From an uncultured Chloroflexia bacterium (GTDB taxonomy: Bacteria > Chloroflexota > Limnocylindria > QHBO01), in NCBI GenBank assembly GCA_963782015.1, contig CAWAHY010000004.1, positions 1,044,633-1,108,632 of the forward strand: a stretch of 64,000 nt of DNA. Reading direction: 5' to 3'. Numbering within the stretch: position 1 is the stretch's first letter; every line of letters begins with the position of its first letter. Positions 45,954 to 55,232 of this stretch are shown piece after piece. The notes under the pieces were generated by a model. The model ran no database searches. It saw only the letters and a list, made by a program, of their open reading frames with translations, and was not told the DNA's origin. The position numbers and the translations under genes were made by a program.

Positions 45954-47588
45954 GTGTCCGCCTTCTCCGACCTCGCGGCCGAGTTCCTGGCCGAGTACCA
46001 CGCCGAGCACCCGGTGCAGGCCAGCGCCCTCGGCCTGGCCCGCTACGACGATCAGCTGGATGACCTCTCGGCCGCCGCCTTCGAGCGTCGCCGCGTCTCG
46101 GATGACGCGTGGCTGACCCGCTTCCGAGCGGTCGACGCCGCCACGCTGAGCTTCGACGACGCGATCGATCGCGATCTGCTGGTGGCACGGCTGACCGAGC
46201 GGGCCATCTACGACGAGTGGGAGCTCTGGCGCCGAAGCGCCGACACGTACATGAACCCAGGCCTGGAGGGGGTCTTCATCCTCTTCCTGCATCGGCTCCG
46301 TCCCGAGCCGGACCTGGTGCGCAGCGCCATCCGGCGCCTGCGCGGGATCCCCGCCCAGCTGGAGGCGGGCAGGGCCAACCTGCGGCCCGCGCTGGTCCCC
46401 GCCCTGCTCCTGAAGCGAGCCGTGAACCAGGCCCGCGCCGGGGCCCACTACACCCGCGAGCTGCTTCCCGCGCAGGTCGAGCCGGCCAACCGGGCCGAGC
46501 TGACCGAGGCCGGCGCGCTCGCCGCCGACGCGCTCGAGTCGTATGCGGCGTTCCTCGAGGCGATGGAGCCCGACGCCACCGGCGACTGGGCCTTCGGCGA
46601 GGCCCGCTACAACGCCGTGCTGCGCGACGCCGAGCTGCTCGGCACCGACGCCCGCGCCCTTCGCGAGCGGGCCCGCGGCCAGATCGACACGCTCAGCGCC
46701 GAGATGCGGGCCACCGCCCGCCAGATCGCCGGGCACGAGGACTGGCACGCGCTGGTGCTCGAGCTGAACCACGACCGCCCGGCCAACCCCGAGGCGATGC
46801 GCCTGGGCTACGAGGACTGGACCGCGCGGGCTCGCGCCTTCCTCCACGAGCGCGGCCTGGTCAGCTTCCCGCCCGGCGAGGAGTGCGCCGTCGAGCCGTC
46901 GCCGCCCTTCCAGCGGCCCGTGCTGGCGGTCGCCTCCTACCAGGACCCGCCCCCGTTCTCGGACTCGATGCGCGGCCACTTCTTCGTGCCATACCCGCCG
47001 GATGAGGCGAGCGAGGCGGAGATCGCCAAGCGGCTCGAGTCGAACTCGTATCCGAGCATCCCGACCACATCGGTGCACGAGGCCTATCCGGGGCACCACT
47101 GGCACCTGGTGATGGCCAAGCTCAACCCGTCGCCGGTGCGGCAGGTCTTCGGGACCAGCTACTTCGCCGAGGGCTGGGCGCTTTACGCCGAGCGGATGAT
47201 GCGGGAGGCCGGCTTCTACGACGACCCGCGCCACGTCCTGTTCCAGTACGAGGCGACCCTCTTCCGCGCGGCGCGGATCGTGGTCGACACCAGCCTCCAC
47301 CTGGGCGAGATGACCCACGAGGAGGGGGTGCAGTTCATGCTCGAGCACTCCTCCATGACCGAGCCGACGGCGATCGCCGAGGTCACGCGCTACTGCTCGT
47401 GGCCGACGCAGGCCAGCTCGTACCTGACCGGCTGCCTGGAGATCCTGCGCATCCGGGACCGATTCCTGGCGGCGCGCGGGGCGACCATCAGCGATGTCGG
47501 CGCCCTGCGCGACTTCCACGACGGGATCACCGGCGCCGGCACGCTGCCGATCGCCCTCGCCGAGCGGGCGGTGATGGCCACCGCATGA
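45954..47588 (+). CDS. DUF885 family protein (putative metallopeptidase-like)
   Basis: 544-aa ORF with HEAYPGHHWHLV and FAEGWALYAERMM. Confidence 0.8.
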   Translation: MSAFSDLAAEFLAEYHAEHPVQASALGLARYDDQLDDLSAAAFERRRVSDDAWLTRFRAVDAATLSFDDAIDRDLLVARLTERAIYDEWELWRRSADTYMNPGLEGVFILFLHRLRPEPDLVRSAIRRLRGIPAQLEAGRANLRPALVPALLLKRAVNQARAGAHYTRELLPAQVEPANRAELTEAGALAADALESYAAFLEAMEPDATGDWAFGEARYNAVLRDAELLGTDARALRERARGQIDTLSAEMRATARQIAGHEDWHALVLELNHDRPANPEAMRLGYEDWTARARAFLHERGLVSFPPGEECAVEPSPPFQRPVLAVASYQDPPPFSDSMRGHFFVPYPPDEASEAEIAKRLESNSYPSIPTTSVHEAYPGHHWHLVMAKLNPSPVRQVFGTSYFAEGWALYAERMMREAGFYDDPRHVLFQYEATLFRAARIVVDTSLHLGEMTHEEGVQFMLEHSSMTEPTAIAEVTRYCSWPTQASSYLTGCLEILRIRDRFLAARGATISDVGALRDFHDGITGAGTLPIALAERAVMATA

Positions 47589-47595
47589 CCCGCGC

Positions 47596-49284
47596 ATGAG
47601 CGCCGAGCTCGACCGGCTGGCCGAGGAGTACTGGGACGCCAACCTGGCCGCCGATCCGCTGCAGGGCACGGCGATCGGGGATCACCGCTACGGGGATCGG
47701 CTGAGCGACATCTCGCCGGCGGGCCGCGCCGCCGCGGCCGTGCGCTTCGAGGCGATCCGCGCCTCGCTCGCGACGCTTCCGGCCGAGACCGATCCCGAAG
47801 CCGCGTTGACCGCCGCGGCCCTGGCCCAGGCGATCGACGACCGATTGGCCTTCCTGGCGGCCGATCCGCGCGCCTACACGGTCGATGCCATGAACGGCCC
47901 GCAGACCACCTTCCTCGACATCCCGTCCCTCCAGCCGCTGCGCGACCCCGCCGACGGCGAGGCGATGCTCTCGCGCTGGTGGGCGATGGGACCGTGGATC
48001 GACCAGCAGATCGCCCAGCTGCGCCGCGGCCTCGGCGAGGGGCGCTCGCCGGTGGCCGGCTCGGTGGGTCGGGTGATCTCCCAGCTCGACGAGCTCGCCG
48101 CTCGACCGCTCGAGGATTGGCCGCCCCTCGCGCCACTGAAGAGCGACCACGCCGGCTGGAGCGACTCGACCTGGCGCGCCTTCGAGGTCGGGCTGGCCGG
48201 CGCGGTCCGCGAGGGGCTGCGCCCCGCCTTCGCGCGCTACCGCGTCTTCCTGGCCGACGAGGCCCTGCCGCGCGCCCGGGACGAGGCTCACGTCGGGATC
48301 GGACATCTCCCCGGCGGGACGGAGGCGTACGCGAGCCTGGCCCGCGCCCACACCACCACGAACCTCACCCCGGAGGCGATCCACGGGATCGGGCTGGCCG
48401 AGATCGCGCGGATCGACGCGGAGATCACCGAGCTGGGCGGCCGCGTGCTGGGGACGCACGACCTGCCCGGGACGCTCGCTGCGCTGCGGGGGGATCCATC
48501 GGTCCATTTCAGCTCGGGCGAGGAGATCGTGGGGGTGGCGGAGGCATCGCTGGCCCGCGCCACGGCCGCCATCCCGGCCTGGTTCGGGCGGCTGCCGCGC
48601 GCGGACTGCGTGGTGGTCCGCATGCTCGCCCACGAGGAGCAGCACTCGACCATCGCCTACTACCGCGAGCCGCCCGACGACGGCAGCCGGCCGGGGCGCT
48701 ACTACATCAACACCTACGCCCCGGAGACGCGGCCGCGCTACGAGGCGGAGGCGCTCGCCTTTCACGAGGCCGTGCCGGGGCATCACCTGCAGGTCGCGAT
48801 CGGGCAGGAGCTGGAGCAGCTGCCCGCCTTCCGGCGCCACTCCGAGACGACCGCCTTCGTCGAGGGCTGGGCCCTCTACACCGAGCGGCTCTCGGACGAG
48901 ATGGGGCTCTACAGCGGCGACCTGGACCGGATCGGGATGCTCTCGTACGACGCCTGGCGCGCCTCGCGGCTGGTGGTCGACACCGGCATGCACGCGCTGG
49001 CTTGGTCACGCTCCGCGGCGATCGACTTCATGGCCGCCCACACCGCGCTGGGGCTCAACAACATCGCCAACGAGGTGGACCGATACATCGGCTGGCCCGG
49101 ACAGGCGCTGGCCTACAAGATCGGGCAGCTCGAGATCCGCCGCCTGCGGGCCGATGCCGAGTCCGCCCTTGGCGCCAGGTTCGACATCCGCCGCTTCCAC
49201 GACGCGGTGCTGGGGCACGGCGCGCTCCCCTTGAGCGTGCTGCGCGAGTCGGTCACCGCCGAGCTGGGATTGGAGCAGCCTTGA
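47596..49284 (+). CDS. DUF885 family protein (paralogue)
   Basis: 562-aa ORF with HEAVPGHHLQVAIGQ and FVEGWALYTERL. Confidence 0.8.
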   Translation: MSAELDRLAEEYWDANLAADPLQGTAIGDHRYGDRLSDISPAGRAAAAVRFEAIRASLATLPAETDPEAALTAAALAQAIDDRLAFLAADPRAYTVDAMNGPQTTFLDIPSLQPLRDPADGEAMLSRWWAMGPWIDQQIAQLRRGLGEGRSPVAGSVGRVISQLDELAARPLEDWPPLAPLKSDHAGWSDSTWRAFEVGLAGAVREGLRPAFARYRVFLADEALPRARDEAHVGIGHLPGGTEAYASLARAHTTTNLTPEAIHGIGLAEIARIDAEITELGGRVLGTHDLPGTLAALRGDPSVHFSSGEEIVGVAEASLARATAAIPAWFGRLPRADCVVVRMLAHEEQHSTIAYYREPPDDGSRPGRYYINTYAPETRPRYEAEALAFHEAVPGHHLQVAIGQELEQLPAFRRHSETTAFVEGWALYTERLSDEMGLYSGDLDRIGMLSYDAWRASRLVVDTGMHALAWSRSAAIDFMAAHTALGLNNIANEVDRYIGWPGQALAYKIGQLEIRRLRADAESALGARFDIRRFHDAVLGHGALPLSVLRESVTAELGLEQP

Positions 49285-49659
49285 CGAAGCGAATCATCAC
49301 CACGCCGAGACGCGCCCGGGGGCCTTCCCTTCAGCCAGGCCGTCGTCGCCGGCGGCCTCGTCTTCGTCAGCGGCCAGGGGCCGATCAATCCCGCGGACGG
49401 CTCGATCGTGGGCATGAACATCCAGGACCAGACCGCCCAGTGCCTGCGCAATGTTCAGGCGATCCTTGAGGCTGCCGGAAGCTCGATGGACAGGGTCGTC
49501 AGCGCGACCTTCATCCTCCGCGACCCGTACGACTTCAAGGGCATGAACGAGGAGTGGGAGCGCTGGTTCCCGGTTGATCCGCCTGCCCGCCAGGGCGCGC
49601 GCCACCCGCTCGACTCCGACGGGCTGCGGATCTCCATCGCGGTGATCGCCGAGGCCTAG
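49281..49659 (+). pseudogene. ridA: RidA/YjgF family reactive-intermediate deaminase, one frame break near the 5' end
   Basis: TTG 49281 overlaps the DUF885 stop (TTGA). MTKRIIT, then about 49300-49310 shifts to DAPGGLPFSQAVVAGGLVFVSGQGPINPADGSIVGMNIQDQTAQCLRNVQAILEAAG...ISIAVIAEA. Confidence 0.75.
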
Positions 49660-49692
49660 CTCGGGGTCATGGTTGGCGGCCAACCAAGACCC

Positions 49693-49844
49693 GCGTACGC
49701 CCAGCGTGCACAGACACCAGGTTGGTCGCCGGACGTTGCCCTGGACCGCCCCACCTTGCCCGCCATGCACGCTGGGCGTGCACCTGCGCCTCCGAGCCGG
49801 GTTCGCGGATCGCTTCTTCGCGGATGCGTACGCTGGGCGTACGC
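49693..49844. repeat. palindromic repeats (motif family 2) upstream of typA
   Basis: GCGTACGC-CCA-GCGTGCAC at 49693-49711, ATGCACGC-TGG-GCGTGCAC at 49765-49783, GCGTACGC-TGG-GCGTACGC at 49826-49844. Also GGTTGG-CGG-CCAACC at 49671-49685 and the direct repeat TTCGCGGAT at 49801-49809 and 49816-49824. Confidence 0.5.
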
Positions 49845-49895
49845 GATCGGTCGCTCCAGGGGTCCACGCCCGGCTGTGCGACAATCAGGGCTCCC

Positions 49896-51827
49896 ATGAC
49901 GACTCCCGCCTCTCTCGCCACGCCCGCCGCGCCCTCCGCGGACGCCGTCATGCGCCCGGATCTGCGCAACCTGGCGATCGTCGCGCACGTGGACCACGGC
50001 AAGACGACGCTGGTCGACGCGCTGCTGCGCCAGACGGGCGCCTTCCGCGCCAACCAGGCGGTGGTGGATCGGGTCCTCGACTCCGGGGACCTGGAGCGCG
50101 AGAAGGGGATCACCATCCTCGCCAAGCAGACCACCATCGAGCACGGCGGGATCCATCTGAACATCGTGGATACCCCCGGCCACGCCGACTTCGGCGGCGA
50201 GGTGGAGCGCAGCCTGCTCATGGTCGACGCGGTCCTGCTGCTCGTGGATGCCGCGGAGGGGCCGCTCCCGCAGACCCGCTACGTCCTCTCCAAGGCGATG
50301 GCGCGGCACCTGCCGGTGATCGTCTGCATCAACAAGATCGACCGCTCCGACGCCCGCCCGGCGGAGGTGCTCGACGCGATCTACGAGCTGTTCATCGACC
50401 TCGGCGCGACCGACGCCCAGATCGACTTCCCGGTGGTCTACACCAACGCCAAGCTCGGCACGGCGACGCGCGACCTCGCCACCCCCGGGACCGACCTGCT
50501 GCCGCTGCTCGACCTGCTGGTGGCGGTGACGCCCCCGCCCTCCTACGTCCCCGATACCCCCCTCCAGCTGCTCGTCACCAACCTGTCGGCGAACGACTAC
50601 GTGGGGCGGATGGCGGTCGGGCGCATCTGGAGCGGGACGGTCAAGCCGGGCCAGCGCGTGACGATCGTGCGCGAGGAGCCGGAGGCGGCCGATGGCTCGG
50701 TCGAGCCGGGCCGCACGGTGACACTGACCGGCACGGTGACGAGCCTGACCACGGCCCGCGGCATCGAGCGGGTCGACATGGCGGAGGCCGGGCCGGGCGA
50801 CATCGTCGCGCTCGCCGGGATCCCCGAGGTGACGATCGGCGACACGATCACCGATCCCGCCGACCCGCGGCCGCTGCCCCGCCTCGACGTGGACGCGCCG
50901 ACGCTGCGCATGACCCTGGGCGTGAATACGTCGCCGCTCTCCGGCAAGGACGGCCGCTACGTGACGAGCCGCCAGATCAAGGCGCGCCTCGACCGCGAGG
51001 TGCTCGGCAACGTCTCGATCGAGGTCTACCCGACCGATACCGGCGACACCTTCGAGATCCGCGGCCGCGGCGAGCTCCAGCTCGCGGTCCTGGTGGAGCA
51101 GATGCGACGCGAGGGGTTCGAGCTGCAGGTGAGCCGGCCCGAGGTGATCCTGCGCACCGTGGACGGCCAGACCCAGGAGCCGTACGAGCGCATCACGGTC
51201 GACATCCCGCCCGACTTCATCGGTGAGGTGCAGTCGGCGCTGGCGGGGCGCAAGGCGAAGCTCGAGCAGATGTCGACCGACAGCGACGGGCGGGTGCGGC
51301 TCGAGTTCGTGCTGCCGGTGCGCGGCCTGATCGGGTACCGCGGCCAGCTCCTGACCGAGACGCGCGGGACGGCGCTCCTGCACCAGATCGGCGAGGGCTT
51401 CGGACCGTGGGCCGGCGACGTGACGCATCGGACGGCCGGAGTGCTGGTGAGCGATCGGGCGGGCATCTCGAACTCGTACGCGCTCTTCGCGCTCCAGGAG
51501 CGGAGCGAGCTGTTCATCGGTACCGGGGTGGAGGTCTACGAGGGGATGGTGGTCGGCGAGAACAGCCGCCCCGGCGACATGGACGTCAACCCGACCAAGG
51601 AGAAGAAGCTGACCAACATGCGCACCCACGCGCACGACGAGGCGCTGCGGCTCACCCCGCCCCGCCCCATCACGCTCGAGTCGGCGATCGAGTTCATCGC
51701 GGCCGATGAGCTGGTCGAAGTCACCCCCGGCGCCATCCGCCTGCGCAAGCGGCTCCTCGCCGAGCACGACCGTCGGCGGGAGGCGGGGCGCGAGCACGAG
51801 CGCCGAGTGGAGGCCGCGCGGGCCTGA
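49896..51827 (+). CDS. typA: translational GTPase TypA/BipA
   Basis: [38 protein letters not shown], and EF-G-like domains through the C-terminus. The start may instead be ATG 49950 ([11 protein letters not shown]). Confidence 0.95.
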   Translation: MTTPASLATPAAPSADAVMRPDLRNLAIVAHVDHGKTTLVDALLRQTGAFRANQAVVDRVLDSGDLEREKGITILAKQTTIEHGGIHLNIVDTPGHADFGGEVERSLLMVDAVLLLVDAAEGPLPQTRYVLSKAMARHLPVIVCINKIDRSDARPAEVLDAIYELFIDLGATDAQIDFPVVYTNAKLGTATRDLATPGTDLLPLLDLLVAVTPPPSYVPDTPLQLLVTNLSANDYVGRMAVGRIWSGTVKPGQRVTIVREEPEAADGSVEPGRTVTLTGTVTSLTTARGIERVDMAEAGPGDIVALAGIPEVTIGDTITDPADPRPLPRLDVDAPTLRMTLGVNTSPLSGKDGRYVTSRQIKARLDREVLGNVSIEVYPTDTGDTFEIRGRGELQLAVLVEQMRREGFELQVSRPEVILRTVDGQTQEPYERITVDIPPDFIGEVQSALAGRKAKLEQMSTDSDGRVRLEFVLPVRGLIGYRGQLLTETRGTALLHQIGEGFGPWAGDVTHRTAGVLVSDRAGISNSYALFALQERSELFIGTGVEVYEGMVVGENSRPGDMDVNPTKEKKLTNMRTHAHDEALRLTPPRPITLESAIEFIAADELVEVTPGAIRLRKRLLAEHDRRREAGREHERRVEAARA

Positions 51828-51850
51828 GCCGGGACTACAATCTGCGCCAC

Positions 51851-52033
51851 TTGATCAGAAAGTCGCTGCTCCGCGTCCCGATCCTCGGCCGCTGGGTCGA
51901 GCGCCGCTGGATGCCGGATCCGGTCGAACGCGACCAGCATCGCGAGGTCGTGCGTGCCCGCCTCGACGCCCCGGTGATCGCCGCGACGCCGCCCGACGAG
52001 GTCGCCGAGACCAAGGAGCTGACGGGGTCGTAG
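51851..52033 (+). CDS. small hypothetical protein (60 aa)
   Basis: TTG start. Almost every third codon position is G/C, so coding-like. No recognisable family. Confidence 0.35.
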   Translation: MIRKSLLRVPILGRWVERRWMPDPVERDQHREVVRARLDAPVIAATPPDEVAETKELTGS

Positions 52034-52057
52034 CCCGCCGCGGACCGGACGGACATG

Positions 52058-52088
52058 TCGAGGGCCCGCCATGGCGGCGGGCCCTCGA
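52058..52088. terminator. perfect 13-bp GC hairpin between convergent genes (bidirectional terminator-like)
   Basis: TCGAGGGCCCGCC-atggc-GGCGGGCCCTCGA, about 25 nt from both the 52033 stop (+) and the 52113 stop (-). No T-tract on either side. Confidence 0.5.
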
Positions 52089-52112
52089 TCGTGTGCCTGG
52101 CTGGCTGCTCGG

Positions 52113-54411
52113 CTAGTTGCTCTGCACCCAGTGCCCGTGCGGGCGCGGGACGTACCAGTGCGGCGGATCGTGCGGCCACTGCTTGGGGCTCTTGGTCACG
52201 ATCTTGATCTCGTACGGGGCGTAGTTCTGCTCGCCCTGCAGGGCGTCGAAGGTCACGATCAGGACCGCCTGGTCACAGTTCGCGACGGCGTCGCGAACCT
52301 CGATCGGGCGGCTCATCTCGGACCTCCGCGTCGTGAAGATGTGGAAGACCCGGTAGCTGACCTTCCCCTTCCAGTCCTTGTGACTGGTCACCAGGTCGAC
52401 CGTGAAGTTCAGGTCGATCGGCTGGTAGAAGGTTTCGTGCTTGAACACCGAAGCATCGGTGCCGTCGCTGACGTGAACGCCGTCGACCTGCACGTTGTCG
52501 ATGTACCAGTTCGGGTTGTCCAGGTCACCGATGTTGCCGTTGAAACCCCAGTCGGTCAGCAGCCGGAAGCCGATCAGGATCGACTGCCCTGCGTAGGCCG
52601 ACAGGTTGAAGGTTTCGTGGTCCCAGCCGATGGCGCCGGGGCCACCGCCGGAGACGCCGGTGAAGCCCGGCAGGTTGTCAGCTTCGTCTTGGGGTAGCCA
52701 ACGTCGGCACGATGTCACTGCGGGTGTCCGCGTTGGCGAGGCTGGTCCAGTTCAGGCCGTCGTCGGTCGAGACCTGCACCACGCCGAAGTCCCACTGCTC
52801 CTCGAGGTCGTAGAGGGTGTCGAAGTCGAGGCTCCCGCCACCGGTGGTGGCGAAGATCGCGAACCGATCCTTCTCGTCACCGCCCCCGGACCAGAGGGAC
52901 TTGCCCTCGATGCCCAGCGGGTCGTCGACCACGGTCCACTCCGTGTCGAGGGTCAGCATGTCGAGCCCGTCGAAGACGAGCTTCTTGATCTTGTTCGGGT
53001 CCTTGAGGAGCAGGTAGTCGCTGCCGAACGGCGGTGCCCCCGGCGTGTCGAAGGCGTCGCCGTTGATGGTCCCGTCGGCATTCTTGAGGACGACCGGCGA
53101 CGCGATGTCCGGGATGTTCCAGATGCCCTTCGGCTTCCCGGGCTTGTCGCTCAGGACGAGCCGGGCGATGGCGAAGTTGTGATAGACGTCCGCGAAGGTC
53201 GTCTTGGCCTTGATCGTCTTGAGGGCGTCGTTCACCCCGGCCATGCCCTGGAACTGCGAGTGGAAGAGCGCCTGCATCGCCCCCTGCCCGTAATGGGTGT
53301 AGAGGTAATGCATGAACAGGAAGGCCTCGCCGTAGTCGGTGATGATCTCCACGTCCCCCTGGTCACCCCAGATCACGAGCGAGTTCTCACCGTTCTCCTG
53401 GGCCTCGTCCACGTACGTCTGCGGGACGCCGTAGCCGACCAGCCACTCGGTCCACATCGAGAGGCCCTCGTTGATCCAGCTCTCCTCGGCGGCATCCTCG
53501 TCGCCGTGCAGCAGGTGCTGGTACTCGTGGGCAAAGGTGGATTCGTAGAGGAAGTCGACATCGTTGTCAGGGCCATCGGCGGGGCGCCATGGAGCGCCGG
53601 GACCGCCGACACGGTTCGCCCAGTCGAGCGCGTCGATGGTGATCACGTTGCGGTCGATGTAGAAGTTGACGTCCGGGCTGAAGAACCCGGCCACGTAGAG
53701 CGGATAGGTCGGGTCGTAGAAGTTGTCGTCCTCGATGTTCTCGATCTTGGCGATGACCCGATCCTTGCCGTCGAAGGACATGAACGAGTCGGGGTCGAGG
53801 CCAAAGAGGTCATCGAGGACCGCGTTGGAGCCGTTGCGCAGCTCCGGCGTCCGCCAGTAGTCGGACTCCTTGGGGAAGATGTTGTTGTCGAACTCATCGA
53901 CCAGGTAGGCGATCTGCGCGTCGGTGACCTCAGGGGTGGGTCGCGGGTCAGACGGGTCGTCGGCATAGAAGGACATGTCGAGCTGGACCCAGACCTCGAT
54001 GTTCGTACCGATCGCCCTGACCTCGTAGATCTCGGGGTACAAGCCAAAGACCGTATCGACAGTGACCGCGTACACGAAATCGCCGACGTTGTAGACGAGT
54101 GGCTCGACGGGCGCCGTCGCGGCGCTGCCGTCAGCTGGAGCCGCGTTCGGGTCCGCCGGGGCGGCATTCGGGTCCGCCGGGGCGGCGTTCGGGTCCGCCG
54201 GCGCGGGGTTGTTGGCAGCGGTGAGGGCCGGGCCTGCCCCGCGGGTCACGTTCAGTGGATCGATGACATTGTCGGTGACCCACGCGGGGGCCGCGGTTGG
54301 CCGCAGCTTCTGCGGTCCTGAGCTCGAGAGTGCGCCGGCCGGCGCGAGCGCCGTGATGAGCAGCGCGATGGTGGCGGTGAGCGCAAGGATGCGCCGGCGG
54401 GGATGGGACAC
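52113..54411 (-). pseudogene. secreted M6-family (immune inhibitor A-like) metalloprotease, one frame break
   Basis: GTG 54411 preceded by GGAGGAGGAG. Signal peptide MSHPRRRILALTATIALLITALAPAGA. Zinc motif FAHEYQHLLH (HExxH) plus NEGLS. Frame shifts at GGGG 52691-52694. It continues QDEADNLPGFTGVSGGGPGAIGWDHETFNLSAYAGQSILIGFRLLTDWG...YIDNVQVDG to stop 52113. Confidence 0.8.
54146..54205 (-). repeat. 21-bp tandem repeat (about 2.9 copies) inside the protease gene
   Basis: ttcgggtccgccggggcggc[a/g] repeated, encoding PADPNAA x3 (NPAPADPNAAPADPNAAPADPNAAPADGS) just after the signal peptide/propeptide region. Confidence 0.8.
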
Positions 54412-54658
54412 GACTCCTCCTCCAGTGTGCTCGGTGTGGAGCGGCGGCTCGCAGCGATCGTGTGTCGGGAGGCTGGCCCTGCGTCCACGGTCGGAAGGAC
54501 CGGTGCGGCGCGCGCGTGACGACGCGGCAACCCCCTGTTGGCCGCCACTCTAGCGGCGCCCCGGTCGGGCTGTCCAACGTCCGCGTGCTTTCGGGCAGAG
54601 GAAGCGGTGCAGCGGAGCACCGTTCGCCAAATCCCGGCTCCCGTGGCACCCTTTGGAC

Positions 54659-54685
54659 GTGAACCGATCCCGACCGATCACCGTC
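54659..54685 (+). promoter_or_regulatory. ECF-type promoter candidate (GTGAAC-N17-CGTC) directly upstream of the lipoprotein gene
   Basis: GTGAAC at 54659-54664 and CGTC at 54682-54685. The expected start site would fall at or next to ATG 54694, giving a leaderless or near-leaderless transcript. Confidence 0.3.
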
Positions 54686-54693
54686 CTGTGGGC

Positions 54694-55212
54694 ATGACGC
54701 AGTGGCTTCCCGTGCACCGGATGGTGGTCATCGGTGCTGCCCTGGCGCTCACTACGGGGTGCGCACTGCTGCCGCTCGGTCGCTACGCTGGATCGGTGGA
54801 CCCATCCGCCAGCGCGAGCGCGTCAGCGAATGCCGGGAGCGCGGATGGTGACTCCGGCGACCCCGACGACGGTGAGCCGGCAGCCTCGCACCCGCAGGCC
54901 ATTCCCGACCCGCTGCACCCGATCGCCCATGGCGCGGGCGAGTCGCTCGATGTCGGCAACGCCACCATCTCGTTCATCGGCCTCGAGCAGGTCGGGGACC
55001 AGCTCCGCGCCCGATTCAGCATCGAGTCAGGGTCCCTCGCCTCGGCCCGGCTCGTGTCGCCTTCGGGCGAGGTCGTGGACCTCCACGCCTCAGGCGGCGA
55101 GCTGCGGAGCGACCCATTCGGCTCGGCCGCCGATCCTCCGTCGAAGCTCTCGCACCTGACGCTGGTGGTGGGGCAGCGCCTCTACCTCTTCGAGGCCGGC
55201 CCCGTCAGCTAG
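54694..55212 (+). CDS. hypothetical lipoprotein
   Basis: ATG 54694. MTQWLPVHRMVVIGAALALTTGCAL (lipobox), an Ala/Ser/Asp-rich linker, then a small beta-rich domain. Confidence 0.55.
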   Translation: MTQWLPVHRMVVIGAALALTTGCALLPLGRYAGSVDPSASASASANAGSADGDSGDPDDGEPAASHPQAIPDPLHPIAHGAGESLDVGNATISFIGLEQVGDQLRARFSIESGSLASARLVSPSGEVVDLHASGGELRSDPFGSAADPPSKLSHLTLVVGQRLYLFEAGPVS

Positions 55213-55232
55213 GGCTCCATCGGCCCGTTCGA

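Noticed and set aside
43404-49844. Possibility that the repeated palindromes form a CRISPR array
   Set aside because: There are only 2-3 copies per locus. Repeats are 19 bp with variable sequence, spacing is irregular (51-82 bp), the two loci are 6 kb apart, and no cas genes are present.
45717-51797. Long minus-strand ORFs 45717..47669, 47527..48993 and 49656..51797
   Set aside because: They are antisense to the two DUF885 genes and typA, all of which have unambiguous motifs on the plus strand.
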